From an uncultured Methanosarcinales archaeon (GTDB lineage Archaea; Nanobdellota; Nanobdellia; Woesearchaeales; GW2011-AR9), in assembly GCA_964344235.1 (NCBI GenBank), contig CAYFMJ010000002.1:127601-191600 (forward strand): 64,000 bases of DNA, read 5' to 3'. The position numbers and the translations under genes were made by a program. Below, piece after piece: positions 20,398-30,856 of this stretch; positions within the stretch are counted from its first letter, which is position 1; every line of letters starts with the position of its first letter. A model generated the notes under the pieces. It had not been told where the DNA came from. It ran no database searches and saw only the letters and a program-made list of their open reading frames with translations.

Positions 20398-20577
20398 CCC
20401 CTCTTAGTTTAGCTTGGCTAGAACGCTCCGCTGTGTGTTCTTAGGAAACTGAGAACAGGCGAGAGATAAGTTCACTGTTGGACTAAGCCTTTAGGGCTCT
20501 GGATGAAATACAGCCAGTGGGGACGGAGAGACATCTTCGGATGCTTCAAATCCCCGGTTCAAATCCGGGAGAGGGGA
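20398..20577 (+). tRNA. tRNA-Tyr(GUA) with 3 introns: 35/36 (20435-20463), 37/38 (20466-20522), 45/46 (20531-20549)
   Basis: C1:G72 and A73 (archaeal Tyr identity). Strict BHBs: CGCU/GGCG for intron 1, GGAG/CUUC for intron 3. Splicing restores the loop CU-GUA-GA. Confidence 0.8.
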
Positions 20578-21231
20578 CTCCGAAGGCAGGGTGTGCGTTC
20601 TCACCCTTGCCTTCACATATTTTTCAATTTTTTCTTGTTTTCTAACACAATAAAAACCAATTTCTTTGTAGAACTTTTCTATGTCTTTGATCACAATTGC
20701 GAAAACATTTCTTTTTGCACCAAATCCCGATTTAATAGTGTTCTCTATTCCGAATTCAGAGATCATTTTTTGTACTTGTTTTAGGCCTTTGAAATTGATT
20801 GAGTAGAGTCTTAAAATTAATCTTCTTCCTTCTGGGATTACACTCCCCTCGTCGTCGTATAGGGCTTTTAAGAACTCACGCTTGATGCTTTTACTAGCTT
20901 CTATAATTTCTTTTGGAACGGTCCAAGTCCTAGAGAAGTAATCACAGTAACTCTTAAGATCTTCATATGCTAATTTTGACCTAACTCTTGCGTAAGGAAG
21001 AAGCTTGCCCGTTTTTCCGGATGGCTTGAGTGCAACAACCGGTTTTAGCCCATAAACATTGTCTAAGTCATCAACAAACTGTTGTAGTAATTCTGGGTCT
21101 GTGATGTCATATTTAATGTTGTAATCAGTTCGGCACTTGTAAGCACAACCATCGCCAATCAAGTGAGCGATTAGCCTTGCTTTAGCTTCTGTTAACTCTT
21201 TGAAGCCGGGTTTTAGTCTCTTGATTCTCAT
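20491..21231 (-). mobile_element. Free-standing double-motif LAGLIDADG homing endonuclease, convergent on tRNA-Tyr
   Basis: LIAHLIGDG and FLKALYDDEGSV motifs; LYSINFKGLKQV block; last ~30 codons are antisense to tRNA-Tyr. Confidence 0.88.
20582..20614 (+). other. 12-bp hairpin immediately 3' of tRNA-Tyr
   Basis: GAAGGCAGGGTG / CACCC(T)TGCCTTC with an 8-nt loop. Confidence 0.6.
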
Positions 21232-21336
21232 ACTTGAATCTTGAATTTTAATATTTATAATTTCTATTAGTACTTGTCTAGTGGGTTGTGACTACACTTT
21301 CAAAACACTTAATAAATCGAGTAACTTGTCCATTCT

Positions 21337-21975
21337 GTGAAATACAAACTAATCATTTTTGACATGGACGGAGTTATCTTTCGAGATGTTAATTTTTGGT
21401 TAAGGGTGCATGAAGTATTTGGTACGTTAGAAAAAGGTAAAGTTCTGACAAAACAATATTTACATTCTGATTACGCAAAGCTTGTTGAGGAAGTTGTTGT
21501 AAAGTTATGGAAAGATAAAGATGCAACACCATACTTTGAGCTTGTTAATTCGTTAGAGTATTTACCTGGTGTAAAAGAAGTATTTGAATTTATTAAAAAA
21601 CAGGATTTATTGACGGCAATTGTCTCCGCTTCTAGCATTGATGTAGCACGGAGAGTGCAAAAGGATTTTGGGGTGGACCATTTATTTGCGAATGAATTGG
21701 TGATTCGGGAGAATCGTGTTACAGGAGAGTTTTTATGGCCGATTGCGCAGGGAAATGAGAAAAAAGCTGAGATTATTCGTCATCTCTGTCAAGATCTAGG
21801 AATAAAGCCAGAAGAAGTTGTCTATGTGGGTGATTCTGATAAAGATATTGAAGCGTTTAAGGAAGTAGGATTGTCGGTAGCGTTTAATTCAGATTGTGAG
21901 GAGTTGAAAGCTGTGGCGACGCATATTGTGGATAGTGATAATTTAGCAGATGTTCTTCCATATATTGCAAAATAA
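21337..21975 (+). CDS. HAD-superfamily phosphatase (SerB-like)
   Basis: IIFDMDGV, IVSAS, K, YVGDSDKD motifs I-IV. Confidence 0.88.
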   Translation: MKYKLIIFDMDGVIFRDVNFWLRVHEVFGTLEKGKVLTKQYLHSDYAKLVEEVVVKLWKDKDATPYFELVNSLEYLPGVKEVFEFIKKQDLLTAIVSASSIDVARRVQKDFGVDHLFANELVIRENRVTGEFLWPIAQGNEKKAEIIRHLCQDLGIKPEEVVYVGDSDKDIEAFKEVGLSVAFNSDCEELKAVATHIVDSDNLADVLPYIAK

Positions 21976-22014
21976 CCATTAAAATAGCTGTTTATTCGGG
22001 AATTCACCGATAGC

Positions 22015-22022
22015 TTTATAAA
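22015..22022 (+). promoter_or_regulatory. TATA box of the tRNA-Asp/tRNA-Lys unit
   Basis: TTTATAAA about 26 nt before a GGCCGGGG start. Confidence 0.6.
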
Positions 22023-22052
22023 CAAACCGCAGTTTTACCTCAAAAATGGCCG

Positions 22053-22102
22053 GGGATATTCTATAATTTAGCGACAAAGAGAGCTAGATCGTGGAATGTC
22101 CT
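22053..22102 (+). other. About 20-bp imperfect hairpin in the leader of tRNA-Asp
   Basis: GGGAUAUUC-UAUAAUUUAGC / GCUAGAUCGUG-GAAUGUCCU, several G-U pairs, 10-nt loop. Confidence 0.55.
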
Positions 22103-22110
22103 GCATAATT

Positions 22111-22242
22111 GCCCTGGTAGTGTAGCTCGGCCTAGCATGTTGCCCTGTCGGAAACTTTTTCGGAAGTTTGTGGATAGGCAACGACCCGGGTTCAAAACGT
22201 GAGGTGTTGAATCAACTCATGCTGAATGTCCCGGCCAGGGCG
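22111..22242 (+). tRNA. tRNA-Asp(GUC) with 2 introns: 37/38 (22151-22175) and 59/60 (22197-22228)
   Basis: GCCCUGG/CCAGGGC-G73; CU-GUC-G|A loop; BHB central helices CUGU/GUGG and UUCA/UGAA. Confidence 0.92.
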
Positions 22243-22255
22243 TTTCAAGAAGCGA

Positions 22256-22277
22256 GCGAACATGGCAACATGTTCGC
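22256..22277 (+). other. Perfect 9-bp GNRA hairpin in the tRNA spacer
   Basis: GCGAACATG-GCAA-CATGTTCGC. Confidence 0.65.
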
Positions 22278-22284
22278 AAGTCTC

Positions 22285-22401
22285 GGGCCGGTAGCTTAGC
22301 TTGGTAGAGCGCCTGACTTTTAGCAAAAAACAGGAGTTTTTTGAAACTTCCTGCCGAAAGTAATCAGGCGGTCGCGAGTTCAAATCTCGTCCGGCCCACC
22401 A
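22285..22401 (+). tRNA. tRNA-Lys(UUU) with 37/38 intron (22323-22362) and encoded CCA
   Basis: GGGCCGG/CCGGCCC-A-CCA; BHB central helix CUUU/AAAG. Confidence 0.93.
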
Positions 22402-22410
22402 CTTTCCAAA

Positions 22411-22644
22411 ATGACAGACGTATCAAAACACATCCTCGTACCGAAACATACGAAAGTTTCCGACTCTGAGAAAGAAAAGATCTGTCAAGAATATAATGTT
22501 GAGGCAGCTCAGTTACCGAAGATTTCTATTGATGATCCTGCTTTAGAGAAGCTTGATGTTAAGCCAGGTGATGTTGTTAAGATTGAAAGACAAAGCGTGA
22601 CTGCAGGGAAAGCAGCATATTATCGCTTGGTGGTGGGTGCATAA
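22411..22644 (+). CDS. rpoH: RNA polymerase subunit H (Rpo5)
   Basis: HILVPKH...QLPKISIDDP...KPGDVVKIER.S.TAG...YYRLV. Confidence 0.96.
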   Translation: MTDVSKHILVPKHTKVSDSEKEKICQEYNVEAAQLPKISIDDPALEKLDVKPGDVVKIERQSVTAGKAAYYRLVVGA

Positions 22645-24119
22645 TGGATCAGTCAATTCTCGTAAAGAAGTACTTTGAGGAAAACAAGTTTGTAGAAAGT
22701 AATATTCAATCATTTAATGCGTTTATTGAGAAAGGGTTGCAGGAAGTTATCGAGGAGAATAAAGAGGCAGAGCCAACAATTATCCCCCATAACATTGAAA
22801 GTTTTAAGATTAGATTTGGCAGAATTACTGTAGGAAAACCAGAGATTACAGAAGCTGATGGAAGTAAGAGACCAATTTACCCGATGGAAGCGCGGTTACG
22901 AAAAATCACCTACCATGCGCCTATCTTCTTAGAAGTGAGCACATATATTAACGATGTGCAGCGAGAGAACTTCGTGGCAGAGGTTGGAAAGATGCCAATT
23001 ATGTTACGGTCCAAGTTTTGTAATTTAGATGGCTTAAGCAATGAAGATCTTGTAAAGAAAGGGGAAGACGCAACTGACCCTGGTGGATATTTCATTATTA
23101 ACGGAACAGAGAGGGCGATTGTTAATGTTGAAGATTTAGCTGCAAATAATTTTGTTGTTGAATTGAATTCTTCAAAAGATTTTGTTGGACGATTCTTTGC
23201 ATCACAGGGCTCATATAAAATTCCACACTCATTTGAGAAGAAGAAAGACGGTATCTATTACATGACATTTACACGTGTTAAACAGATGCCTGTTGTTATT
23301 GTTCTAAAAGCATTAGGATTAGTGCGTGATGAAGATATCATGAAAGCAATCTCAACGAAGAAAAATTACGATGAAATTATTGTGAATTTATTTGAGTTTG
23401 TTAATATCAAAACACAGGAAGAAGCGATTGATTACATCAGTAAGAGAATTGGTATTACGCAGGCAAAAGAAATCCGAATGGAACGAACCAAAGATACACT
23501 TGACAAATATTTATTACCGAACATTGGTATGGACTCAAGCTTACGGGCAGAGAAAGCACGTAACATTTGTAAGATGTTGAAGAAGTTCATTGATGTGAGT
23601 AATGGAACGCTTCCTGCTGACGATAAAGATCATTACATGAATAAGAGAGTTAGATTGAGTGGAGATTTATTATTGGACTTGTTTAGGGTTAATTTTAAAG
23701 TGCTAGTTGGAGACATTTTATACAACTTCCAACGAATCATTAAGCGAGGAAAACTTCCTAGTATTCGAGTTATTATCCGGGATAAGTTGTTAACGTCACG
23801 ATTATATTCCTCAATGGCAACCGGAGAATGGGTTGGTGGAAGACAGGGTATCTCTCAGAGAATGGATCGAACGAACTTCTTAGGAATGGTTTCTCATTTA
23901 CAGAGAGTTGTGAGTCCATTATCAAGTGCACAGGAGAATTTCGAAGCAAGAGCGTTACATTGTACGCATGTTGGAAGATTATGCCCGATTGAAACTCCAG
24001 AGGGAACAAATATTGGTTTACGGAAAAACTTAGCTATGCTTTGTTCATTATCACAGGAAGTTGATGGCAAAGAAGTTTTGGAAAAAATGAAAGAAATTGG
24101 TCTACAGGAGGCTCACTAG
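22644..24119 (+). CDS. rpoB2: RNA polymerase subunit B'' (Rpo2N)
   Basis: PGGYFIINGTE, DDKDHYMNKRVRLSG, GRLCPIETPEG. Confidence 0.96.
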   Translation: MDQSILVKKYFEENKFVESNIQSFNAFIEKGLQEVIEENKEAEPTIIPHNIESFKIRFGRITVGKPEITEADGSKRPIYPMEARLRKITYHAPIFLEVSTYINDVQRENFVAEVGKMPIMLRSKFCNLDGLSNEDLVKKGEDATDPGGYFIINGTERAIVNVEDLAANNFVVELNSSKDFVGRFFASQGSYKIPHSFEKKKDGIYYMTFTRVKQMPVVIVLKALGLVRDEDIMKAISTKKNYDEIIVNLFEFVNIKTQEEAIDYISKRIGITQAKEIRMERTKDTLDKYLLPNIGMDSSLRAEKARNICKMLKKFIDVSNGTLPADDKDHYMNKRVRLSGDLLLDLFRVNFKVLVGDILYNFQRIIKRGKLPSIRVIIRDKLLTSRLYSSMATGEWVGGRQGISQRMDRTNFLGMVSHLQRVVSPLSSAQENFEARALHCTHVGRLCPIETPEGTNIGLRKNLAMLCSLSQEVDGKEVLEKMKEIGLQEAH

Positions 24120-24120
24120 A

Positions 24121-25926
24121 ATGACTGATGTATACTTAAACTCACAGTACGTTGGAACGGTTGAAAATAGTAAGCACTTTGTTGACAATATTAAAGATCA
24201 GCGACGAAGTGGTTCCCTGCCAAATACAGTTAACGTTCACTTTAAGGAGGCAGCAGATGAGATTCATGTCTTTGCAGATGGTGGAAGAGCACGACGCCCA
24301 TTAGTTATTGTAAAAGAATCTAAGCCGCTTCTAACGGAAAAACATCTTGAACAGTTACATGCTGGAGAGATTACTTGGATGGATTTGGTACGACAGGGAG
24401 TTATTGAATACTTAGATGCAGCTGAGGAGGAAAATGCATTAGTGGCTGCGTTAGCAGAGGCCATTACTGAAGCTCACACACATTTGGAAGTAACACCAAG
24501 TGTTATCAGCGGAGTTACGGCGGCTCTTGTGCCGTTTGGAAATTTTATGCCTTCACAGCGTTTAATTATTGGAAGTAAGAATCAGAAACAAGCACTAGGA
24601 TTTTATGCAGCTAATTATCATATTCGAATGGATATGGATGCTAATGTTTTACATTACCCACAAGCTCCATTGGTACGAACGATGATCCATGACATGGCTG
24701 GTTATGAAGAACATCCAAGTGGACAAAACATGGTGGTTGCAGTGATGTGTTATGATGGATATAATATGGAGGACGGTGTTATTCTAAACAAAGGAGCAGT
24801 GCAACGTGGTTTAGCTCGAAGTACATATTTCCGACCAGTGAATGCAACAGAATTACGATATTCTGGTGGTTTAGTGGATGAAGTTTCCGTACCTGACAAA
24901 GATGTGAAAGGGTATAGGAGCGAGCACGAATATAGATTCTTAGAAGGCGATGGTATTGTCTATCCAGAAGCGAAGCTTGAAGAAGGCGATGTGTTGATTG
25001 GACGAACAAGTCCACCGCGATTCCTAAGTAGCATGGATGAATATAACTTATCAGCAGCTGTACGAAGAGAAAGTTCTATTGGCTTAAAGCATGGTGAGAA
25101 GGGAGTAGCAGACTTTGTTGTTGTTACAGAGAATGAAGAAGGAAATCGATTAGTGCAAGTGCGATTGCGAGAAGAGAGAATCCCTGAGATTGGTGATAAG
25201 TTTACATCACGACATGGACAGAAGGGTGTAACCGGAATTTTAGTACCACAGACAGACGCTCCGTTCTCCTCAACGGGAATTGTGCCGGATTTGATTTTCA
25301 CTCCACACGGTATCTCTTCACGGATGACCCTATCCCATCTAATGGAAATTCTTGGTGGGAAAGTAGCTGCTCTTTCCGGAAGATTTGTTGATGGAACGTT
25401 GTTTAAGTCAGAGCCACAGGATGTGTTACGGAAAGAATTATTAGATTTAGGATTTAGACCTGATGGGACAGAAGTGTTCTTTGATGGACGAACTGGTAAG
25501 CAGATGCTTGCAAAGATTTACGTTGGAAATATGTATTATTTACGATTGCGACATATGGTTGCAAATAAAATGCAATCCAGAGCAAGAGGGCCTATCCAGC
25601 TTCTAACACGACAGCCAACTGAAGGTAAGGCGAAAGAGGGTGGTCTACGGTTAGGAGAGATGGAGAAAGATACGCTTATTGCACACGGCGCTTCATTATT
25701 GTTAAAGGAGCGATTCAATGCAGATAAAGTTGTTGTACCGGTTTGTGAGAAATCTGGCTTAATGGGCTATTACGATTTCCGACGAAATGGTGCACCAATT
25801 TCTCCATTGTATGGAGAAAATTCAACAATGTCAAATGTTGAAATGAGTTATGCATTTAAGTTGTTGCTAGATGAGATTCGAAGTTTAGGTATCTATGCAA
25901 AATTACATTTGGAGAATAAGTATTAA
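24121..25926 (+). CDS. rpoB1: RNA polymerase subunit B' (Rpo2C)
   Basis: GYNMEDG, GDKFTSRHGQKG, RQPTEGKAKEGGLRLGEME; start moved to ATG 24121. Confidence 0.96.
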   Translation: MTDVYLNSQYVGTVENSKHFVDNIKDQRRSGSLPNTVNVHFKEAADEIHVFADGGRARRPLVIVKESKPLLTEKHLEQLHAGEITWMDLVRQGVIEYLDAAEEENALVAALAEAITEAHTHLEVTPSVISGVTAALVPFGNFMPSQRLIIGSKNQKQALGFYAANYHIRMDMDANVLHYPQAPLVRTMIHDMAGYEEHPSGQNMVVAVMCYDGYNMEDGVILNKGAVQRGLARSTYFRPVNATELRYSGGLVDEVSVPDKDVKGYRSEHEYRFLEGDGIVYPEAKLEEGDVLIGRTSPPRFLSSMDEYNLSAAVRRESSIGLKHGEKGVADFVVVTENEEGNRLVQVRLREERIPEIGDKFTSRHGQKGVTGILVPQTDAPFSSTGIVPDLIFTPHGISSRMTLSHLMEILGGKVAALSGRFVDGTLFKSEPQDVLRKELLDLGFRPDGTEVFFDGRTGKQMLAKIYVGNMYYLRLRHMVANKMQSRARGPIQLLTRQPTEGKAKEGGLRLGEMEKDTLIAHGASLLLKERFNADKVVVPVCEKSGLMGYYDFRRNGAPISPLYGENSTMSNVEMSYAFKLLLDEIRSLGIYAKLHLENKY

Positions 25927-25949
25927 CTGGGGGGCAATAGGAAAACACA

Positions 25950-28520
25950 ATGAATAGACAAGTACACAAGCGGATCAAGAGCATCAGTTTTGGTGTGATG
26001 GCGCCAAACCATATCGTCGATGCAGCGGCAGCTAAAATTGTGACACCAGAATTGTATGACCGAGAGGGATACCCAGTAGATGGTGGTTTGATGGATTTAC
26101 GATTGGGTGTTATTGATCCTGGTTTACGATGTAAGACTGATGGTGGAAGATTAAAAGAATCGTTTGGTCACTTTGGATATATTGAATTAGCTCGACCCGT
26201 TATTCACATTAAATTTGTGCGACAGATTCTGGACATATTACGGTGTACGGACAAAGAAACAGGACGATTATTGGTTTCTGATGAAGAAGTTAAGAAGTAT
26301 ATGAAGCAAATTGATACTGTTGGCCAAGAAGGTGGCGGTTTTGCTCTACGTCGGAAAAAGATTAAAGAGATTATTCGAAAAATTGCAGCTCGTACAAAAG
26401 GTGCCGATGGTAAGCCACGAGAGAAAATTCGATTAGAAAAACCATATTCCTATTACGAGGGGGACACTCGATTAAGTCCGATTGAAGTGCGGGCGAGATT
26501 AGAGAAAGTGTCTGAAGAAGATCTTCCGTTATTTGGTTTTGCAAAAGGGTTTAGACCAGAATGGATGGTTCTAACTGTTTTACAAATTCCGCCAGTAACA
26601 ATGCGGCCTTCGATTACGCTTGAAAGTGGTGAGCGAAGTGAAGATGATTTAACACATAAGCTGGGGGATATTGTACGGATTAACCAGCGATTATTTGAGA
26701 ATATTAACGCAGGAGCTCCAGAGGTTATTATTGAAGATTTATGGGACTTACTACAGTATCACGTAACAACATTCTTTGATAACAGTGTAGCACAGTTACC
26801 GCCTGCTCGCCATAGGGGTGGACAGGTTCTGAAGACTCTTGCAAGTAGAGTAGCAAGTAAGGATGGAAGAATTCGTCATAACTTAGCGGGAAAAAGAACA
26901 GATTTCTCAGCACGGACAGTTATTTCCCCAGACCCATTAATTAAGTTGAATGAGGTTGGGGTGCCACAACGAATGGCAATGAACCTAACTGTGCCAGAAA
27001 GAGTGACTGAATGGAATAAAGAATATGTTAAGAAGTTTGTTGAAAACGGTCCTAAGAAATACCCTGGGGCAAATTATATTATCAAACCTGACGGAAAACG
27101 GAAAACAATTACTGTGGAGACACAGGAAGAGATTCTTGAGGAGCTGGATAACGGTTATATCGTGGAAAGACACTTGCTAGATGGGGATGTTGCATTATTT
27201 AACAGACAGCCATCATTGCACAGAATGAGTATGATGTGTCATCTAGTGAAAGTTCTCCCAGGTAAAACGTTTAGATTAAACCCCTCTGTTTGTAACCCAT
27301 ATAACGCAGATTTCGACGGGGATGAGATGAACTTACATATTCCTCAAACAGAAGAAGCGCGAGCGGAAGCGAAGATTTTGATGTTAGTAGAAACACAGAT
27401 TATCAGTCCTCGTTATGGTTTAAGTGTTGTGGGATGTATTCACGATGCAATTACAGGGAATTATTTGTTAACAAAAGAGCTAGTCTTCTATCGAGATGAA
27501 GCAGCAGATCTACTGTTTAATTGTGGTGTAACTGATTTATCGAGACTACCAAAGAAAGAGAAAGTTGATGGGAAAGAAGTGTTCTCAATGTTACTGCCAT
27601 CCGATTTTAGTTTTGTTGGAAAAGATAAGAGTGGCAATGAAGTTAAAATTGTTAACGGAATGTTGAAATCCGGGTTAATGGACAAGTCAAACTTAGGTCA
27701 AGAATCTGGGTTAATGCTGCGGAACATCTATGAAACGTACGGTCCAGCGTATACAGCAGGACTACTTGGAAGAATTTCGAAGTTAGGAACTCTTGTGTTA
27801 GCACGAAGAGGTTTCTCGATAGGATTACGTGATATGGATTTATCAGAAGAAACGATTGCAGATGTCGCCGCAGTTATTACAAAAGCAGAACAGGATGTTG
27901 CACAGTTGGTTGACCAGTTCCATGCAGGAAAATTAGCGGCACTGCCAGGAAGAACCGTTGAAGAAACAGTAGAAGTGCGGATTTTGGAAGTGCTAAATAA
28001 AGCTCGGAATAAAGCAGGGGATGTGGCGATGAAACAAGTGAAGAATAGTTCTGCATTAACAATGGCTCGTTGCGGTTCTAGAGGAAACCCACTAAACATC
28101 GCACAGATGACTGCGGTAGTGGGCCAGTTAGCTCTTCGTGGGAAGCGGATTGATAAAGGATTTAGTGGAAGAACATTATCATATTTCAAGAGAAATGATT
28201 TGAACCCGAAAGCACGTGGGTTTGTTAAGAATAACTTTAAGTCTGGGTTAGCGCCGCATGAGTTCTTCTTTGGAGCTATGACGGGAAGAGACGCTCTGAT
28301 GGATACCGCTTTACGAACACCTAAATCAGGATATTTATATCGAAGATTATCGAATGCTATGCAGGATCTTAAAGTTGAGTATGATAGTACTGTTAGAGAT
28401 GCAAGTAGTAAGATTGTGCAGTTTGCGTATGGGGAAGACGGTTTAGACGTTTCCAAGACGAAGAACGGAGTTGTTGACGTTCCAACGATTATCAGAACGG
28501 TTGTGGGTGAGAAACAATGA
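25950..28520 (+). CDS. rpoA1: RNA polymerase subunit A' (Rpo1N)
   Basis: [11 protein letters not shown] catalytic motif; LFNRQPSLH. Confidence 0.97.
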   Translation: MNRQVHKRIKSISFGVMAPNHIVDAAAAKIVTPELYDREGYPVDGGLMDLRLGVIDPGLRCKTDGGRLKESFGHFGYIELARPVIHIKFVRQILDILRCTDKETGRLLVSDEEVKKYMKQIDTVGQEGGGFALRRKKIKEIIRKIAARTKGADGKPREKIRLEKPYSYYEGDTRLSPIEVRARLEKVSEEDLPLFGFAKGFRPEWMVLTVLQIPPVTMRPSITLESGERSEDDLTHKLGDIVRINQRLFENINAGAPEVIIEDLWDLLQYHVTTFFDNSVAQLPPARHRGGQVLKTLASRVASKDGRIRHNLAGKRTDFSARTVISPDPLIKLNEVGVPQRMAMNLTVPERVTEWNKEYVKKFVENGPKKYPGANYIIKPDGKRKTITVETQEEILEELDNGYIVERHLLDGDVALFNRQPSLHRMSMMCHLVKVLPGKTFRLNPSVCNPYNADFDGDEMNLHIPQTEEARAEAKILMLVETQIISPRYGLSVVGCIHDAITGNYLLTKELVFYRDEAADLLFNCGVTDLSRLPKKEKVDGKEVFSMLLPSDFSFVGKDKSGNEVKIVNGMLKSGLMDKSNLGQESGLMLRNIYETYGPAYTAGLLGRISKLGTLVLARRGFSIGLRDMDLSEETIADVAAVITKAEQDVAQLVDQFHAGKLAALPGRTVEETVEVRILEVLNKARNKAGDVAMKQVKNSSALTMARCGSRGNPLNIAQMTAVVGQLALRGKRIDKGFSGRTLSYFKRNDLNPKARGFVKNNFKSGLAPHEFFFGAMTGRDALMDTALRTPKSGYLYRRLSNAMQDLKVEYDSTVRDASSKIVQFAYGEDGLDVSKTKNGVVDVPTIIRTVVGEKQ

Positions 28521-29659
28521 AAGAAGAACATCAGAAATTAGTGAATGAGTACAAGAAAAAATTACCTGCTTCTGTGTTAGCTGAGATTACTGATACTGTT
28601 CCCGGAAATATTTCCAAAGCGGCTTTGACAAAGATTTTAGAGAAAACAGTTGAAACCTATGACGCTGCTCGTGTGAATGCGGGGGAATGTGTTGGTTTAG
28701 TTTCGGCAGAAAGTATTGGAGAGCCAGGTACCCAGATGACTCTGAACACATTCCACTTCGCGGGAGTTGCAGAGATGAACGTTACAACGGGTCTACCACG
28801 AATTATTGAAATTTTTGATGCACAAAAATCAATCAAAACTCCAATGATGGAAGTTTACTTGAAAAGCCCCCACAATAAAGTTGAGAATGTTGCAAAGTTT
28901 GCTTCTCGTATTAAAGCAACATTGTTGGGAGAATTCGTTTCAGAATACTCATTAAACATCTTTGAGCAAACATTAACATTAAGGTTAAATATGGATCTAC
29001 TAGAAGCACACGGTCTACAAGTAAAGGATTTAGCATCATCCTCACGGACCAAAGCAAAAGGCTTTTCAGTGAAAACGGGAGAGAATGAGATTACGTATAC
29101 ACAGAAAGGTAAAGCAGAAGAGATTAAAGATTTGTATGCATTAAAGGAAAAGATTCGAAAAGTTAAGGTATCTGGTTTAAAGGGAATTACACAAGTTCTT
29201 CCTGTAAAGAGAGGGGAAGAGTATATTGTGTTAACGTCAGGTATTAACTTGAAAGAAGTGTTAGCAATGCCAGAAGTTGATCCAACACGAACTATTAGTA
29301 ACGATATTTATGAAATCAGAGATGTGTTAGGGATTGAAGCAGCTCGGCAAGCAATCATTAATGAAGTATACAAAGTTATTGAGGCACAGGGTTTGAATAT
29401 TGATATTCGGCACATTATGTTGGTAGCGGATATCATGTCAGTGAGTGGGAAAGTAAAAGGTATCACTCGATACGGTGTTGTTAGTGAGAAAGCATCAGTA
29501 CTGGCTAGAGCGTCGTTTGAGACACCGATCACCCATTTAATGAATGCTGCATTGGAAGGCGAAGTTGATAATTTAACATCAGTTGTAGAAAATGTTATGA
29601 TTAACCAACCAGTTCCTCTTGGGACTGGCTTACCTGGTTTAATCACAAAGATGAAGTGA
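28517..29659 (+). CDS. rpoA2: RNA polymerase subunit A'' (Rpo1C)
   Basis: [21 protein letters not shown]; LARASFE. Confidence 0.97.
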   Translation: MKEEHQKLVNEYKKKLPASVLAEITDTVPGNISKAALTKILEKTVETYDAARVNAGECVGLVSAESIGEPGTQMTLNTFHFAGVAEMNVTTGLPRIIEIFDAQKSIKTPMMEVYLKSPHNKVENVAKFASRIKATLLGEFVSEYSLNIFEQTLTLRLNMDLLEAHGLQVKDLASSSRTKAKGFSVKTGENEITYTQKGKAEEIKDLYALKEKIRKVKVSGLKGITQVLPVKRGEEYIVLTSGINLKEVLAMPEVDPTRTISNDIYEIRDVLGIEAARQAIINEVYKVIEAQGLNIDIRHIMLVADIMSVSGKVKGITRYGVVSEKASVLARASFETPITHLMNAALEGEVDNLTSVVENVMINQPVPLGTGLPGLITKMK

Positions 29660-29673
29660 GGGTGTAGGGAATA

Positions 29674-29961
29674 ATGGCAAAGCGAAAAGAAGTTGATGAA
29701 CAATCAAAAGAATTGAAAGGATTTGTACAGGGTAAGAAAGTTGTCTATGGAACTGATCAGGTTATGAAAGGCCTGAAAGCGAAGTCGCTTGTGAAAGTGT
29801 ATGTTGCAAGTAATACTCGTCAGGATGTTCGTGAAGACATTGCACATTATGCTAATTTGGCAGGGATTCCTGTCGTTGAGTTAGGTTTTGACAACGAGGA
29901 ACTTGGTGTTTTCTGTAAGAAGAATTTCTTTGTTTCTGTTCTTGGCGTGATTGGTGCGTAA
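29674..29961 (+). CDS. rpl30e: 50S ribosomal protein L30e
   Basis: GKKVVYGTDQV...NEELGVFCKKNFFVSVL; conserved operon position. Confidence 0.88.
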   Translation: MAKRKEVDEQSKELKGFVQGKKVVYGTDQVMKGLKAKSLVKVYVASNTRQDVREDIAHYANLAGIPVVELGFDNEELGVFCKKNFFVSVLGVIGA

Positions 29962-30379
29962 GTTGGTACGCATAAAGTTAGACCAAGAAGCGTTGGGTTT
30001 ATCTGCAGTGTTTGAGAGAATGACCCGTGCGCGTGTGAAAGATTGCTTTAAAGAAGAAGATGCGTTATATTTTGTCGTTGCACCTGGTGAGCTCGGGAAA
30101 GCCATTGGAAAAGGTGGCGTAATGATTCGTAAGTTAACGGAGCGGTTTCGGCAACCAGTTCGAGTTATTGAGTTTAGAGATACGGTGGAGCGGTTTGTAC
30201 AGAATGTCATTTACCCTGTGAAAGTGCAGCGGATTTACGTTGAAGATAATGTTGTGTTGATCTCAGATGAGGATCGATCAGTGAAAGGAAAAGTTATTGG
30301 TAGGTCCGGAACACGGTTAGCGTTTGTCAATCGTGTGGTGAAGCGATTCTTTGATGTGAGTGAGGTTAAAGTCGTTTGA
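29951..30379 (+). CDS. nusA: NusA-like transcription factor (KH domains)
   Basis: GKAIGKGG and VIGRSG KH motifs; operon position. Confidence 0.92.
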   Translation: MVRKLVRIKLDQEALGLSAVFERMTRARVKDCFKEEDALYFVVAPGELGKAIGKGGVMIRKLTERFRQPVRVIEFRDTVERFVQNVIYPVKVQRIYVEDNVVLISDEDRSVKGKVIGRSGTRLAFVNRVVKRFFDVSEVKVV

Positions 30380-30436
30380 GAATACCGTTATTTGTCCACA
30401 GTAAAGTTTATAAATGAACTGGGTTGAGAAGAGAAT

Positions 30437-30856
30437 ATGGCTAATAAAGCACGAGGATTAGGAGCAGCAAAGAAGCTGATGAAGCGTCGGAGCAGCTCTA
30501 AGCTTCCGAATAAAACAAAGCGGAAGAAAAAAGTAGATCCTCTGGCTGGAAGCTCCCAAGCAAAGGCTATTGTTCTGGAGAAAATTCAGGTAGAAGCAAA
30601 GCAGCCGAACTCAGCAATGAGGAAATGTGCAAGAGTGCAATTAGTAAAGAATGGAAAACAGATTACTGCATTTATGCCGGGTGATGGTGCTCAGAAGTTA
30701 ATCAACGAGCACGATGAAGTTATTATCGAATGTATTGGTGGAAAGATGGGTCGAGCAAAAGGAGATATTCCTGGTGTGAGATGGCAAGTTCTTAAAGTGA
30801 ATGATCAGAGTTTGAAAGCGTTATTAGGCGGTAAGTTGGAGAAAGCAAGACGATGA
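30437..30856 (+). CDS. rps12: 30S ribosomal protein S12 (uS12)
   Basis: [12 protein letters not shown]; GDIPGVRW. Confidence 0.97.
   Translation: MANKARGLGAAKKLMKRRSSSKLPNKTKRKKKVDPLAGSSQAKAIVLEKIQVEAKQPNSAMRKCARVQLVKNGKQITAFMPGDGAQKLINEHDEVIIECIGGKMGRAKGDIPGVRWQVLKVNDQSLKALLGGKLEKARR

Noticed and set aside
20398-20577. tRNA-His(GUG), or tRNA-Pro(GGG) with a 32/33 intron
   Set aside because: His would need U37 and has no G-1/C73. The Pro reading has no matching BHB or Pro-type acceptor. The Tyr reading is supported by two strict BHBs and identity elements.
22192-22383. 63-aa minus-strand ORF
   Set aside because: Antisense to tRNA-Asp and tRNA-Lys.
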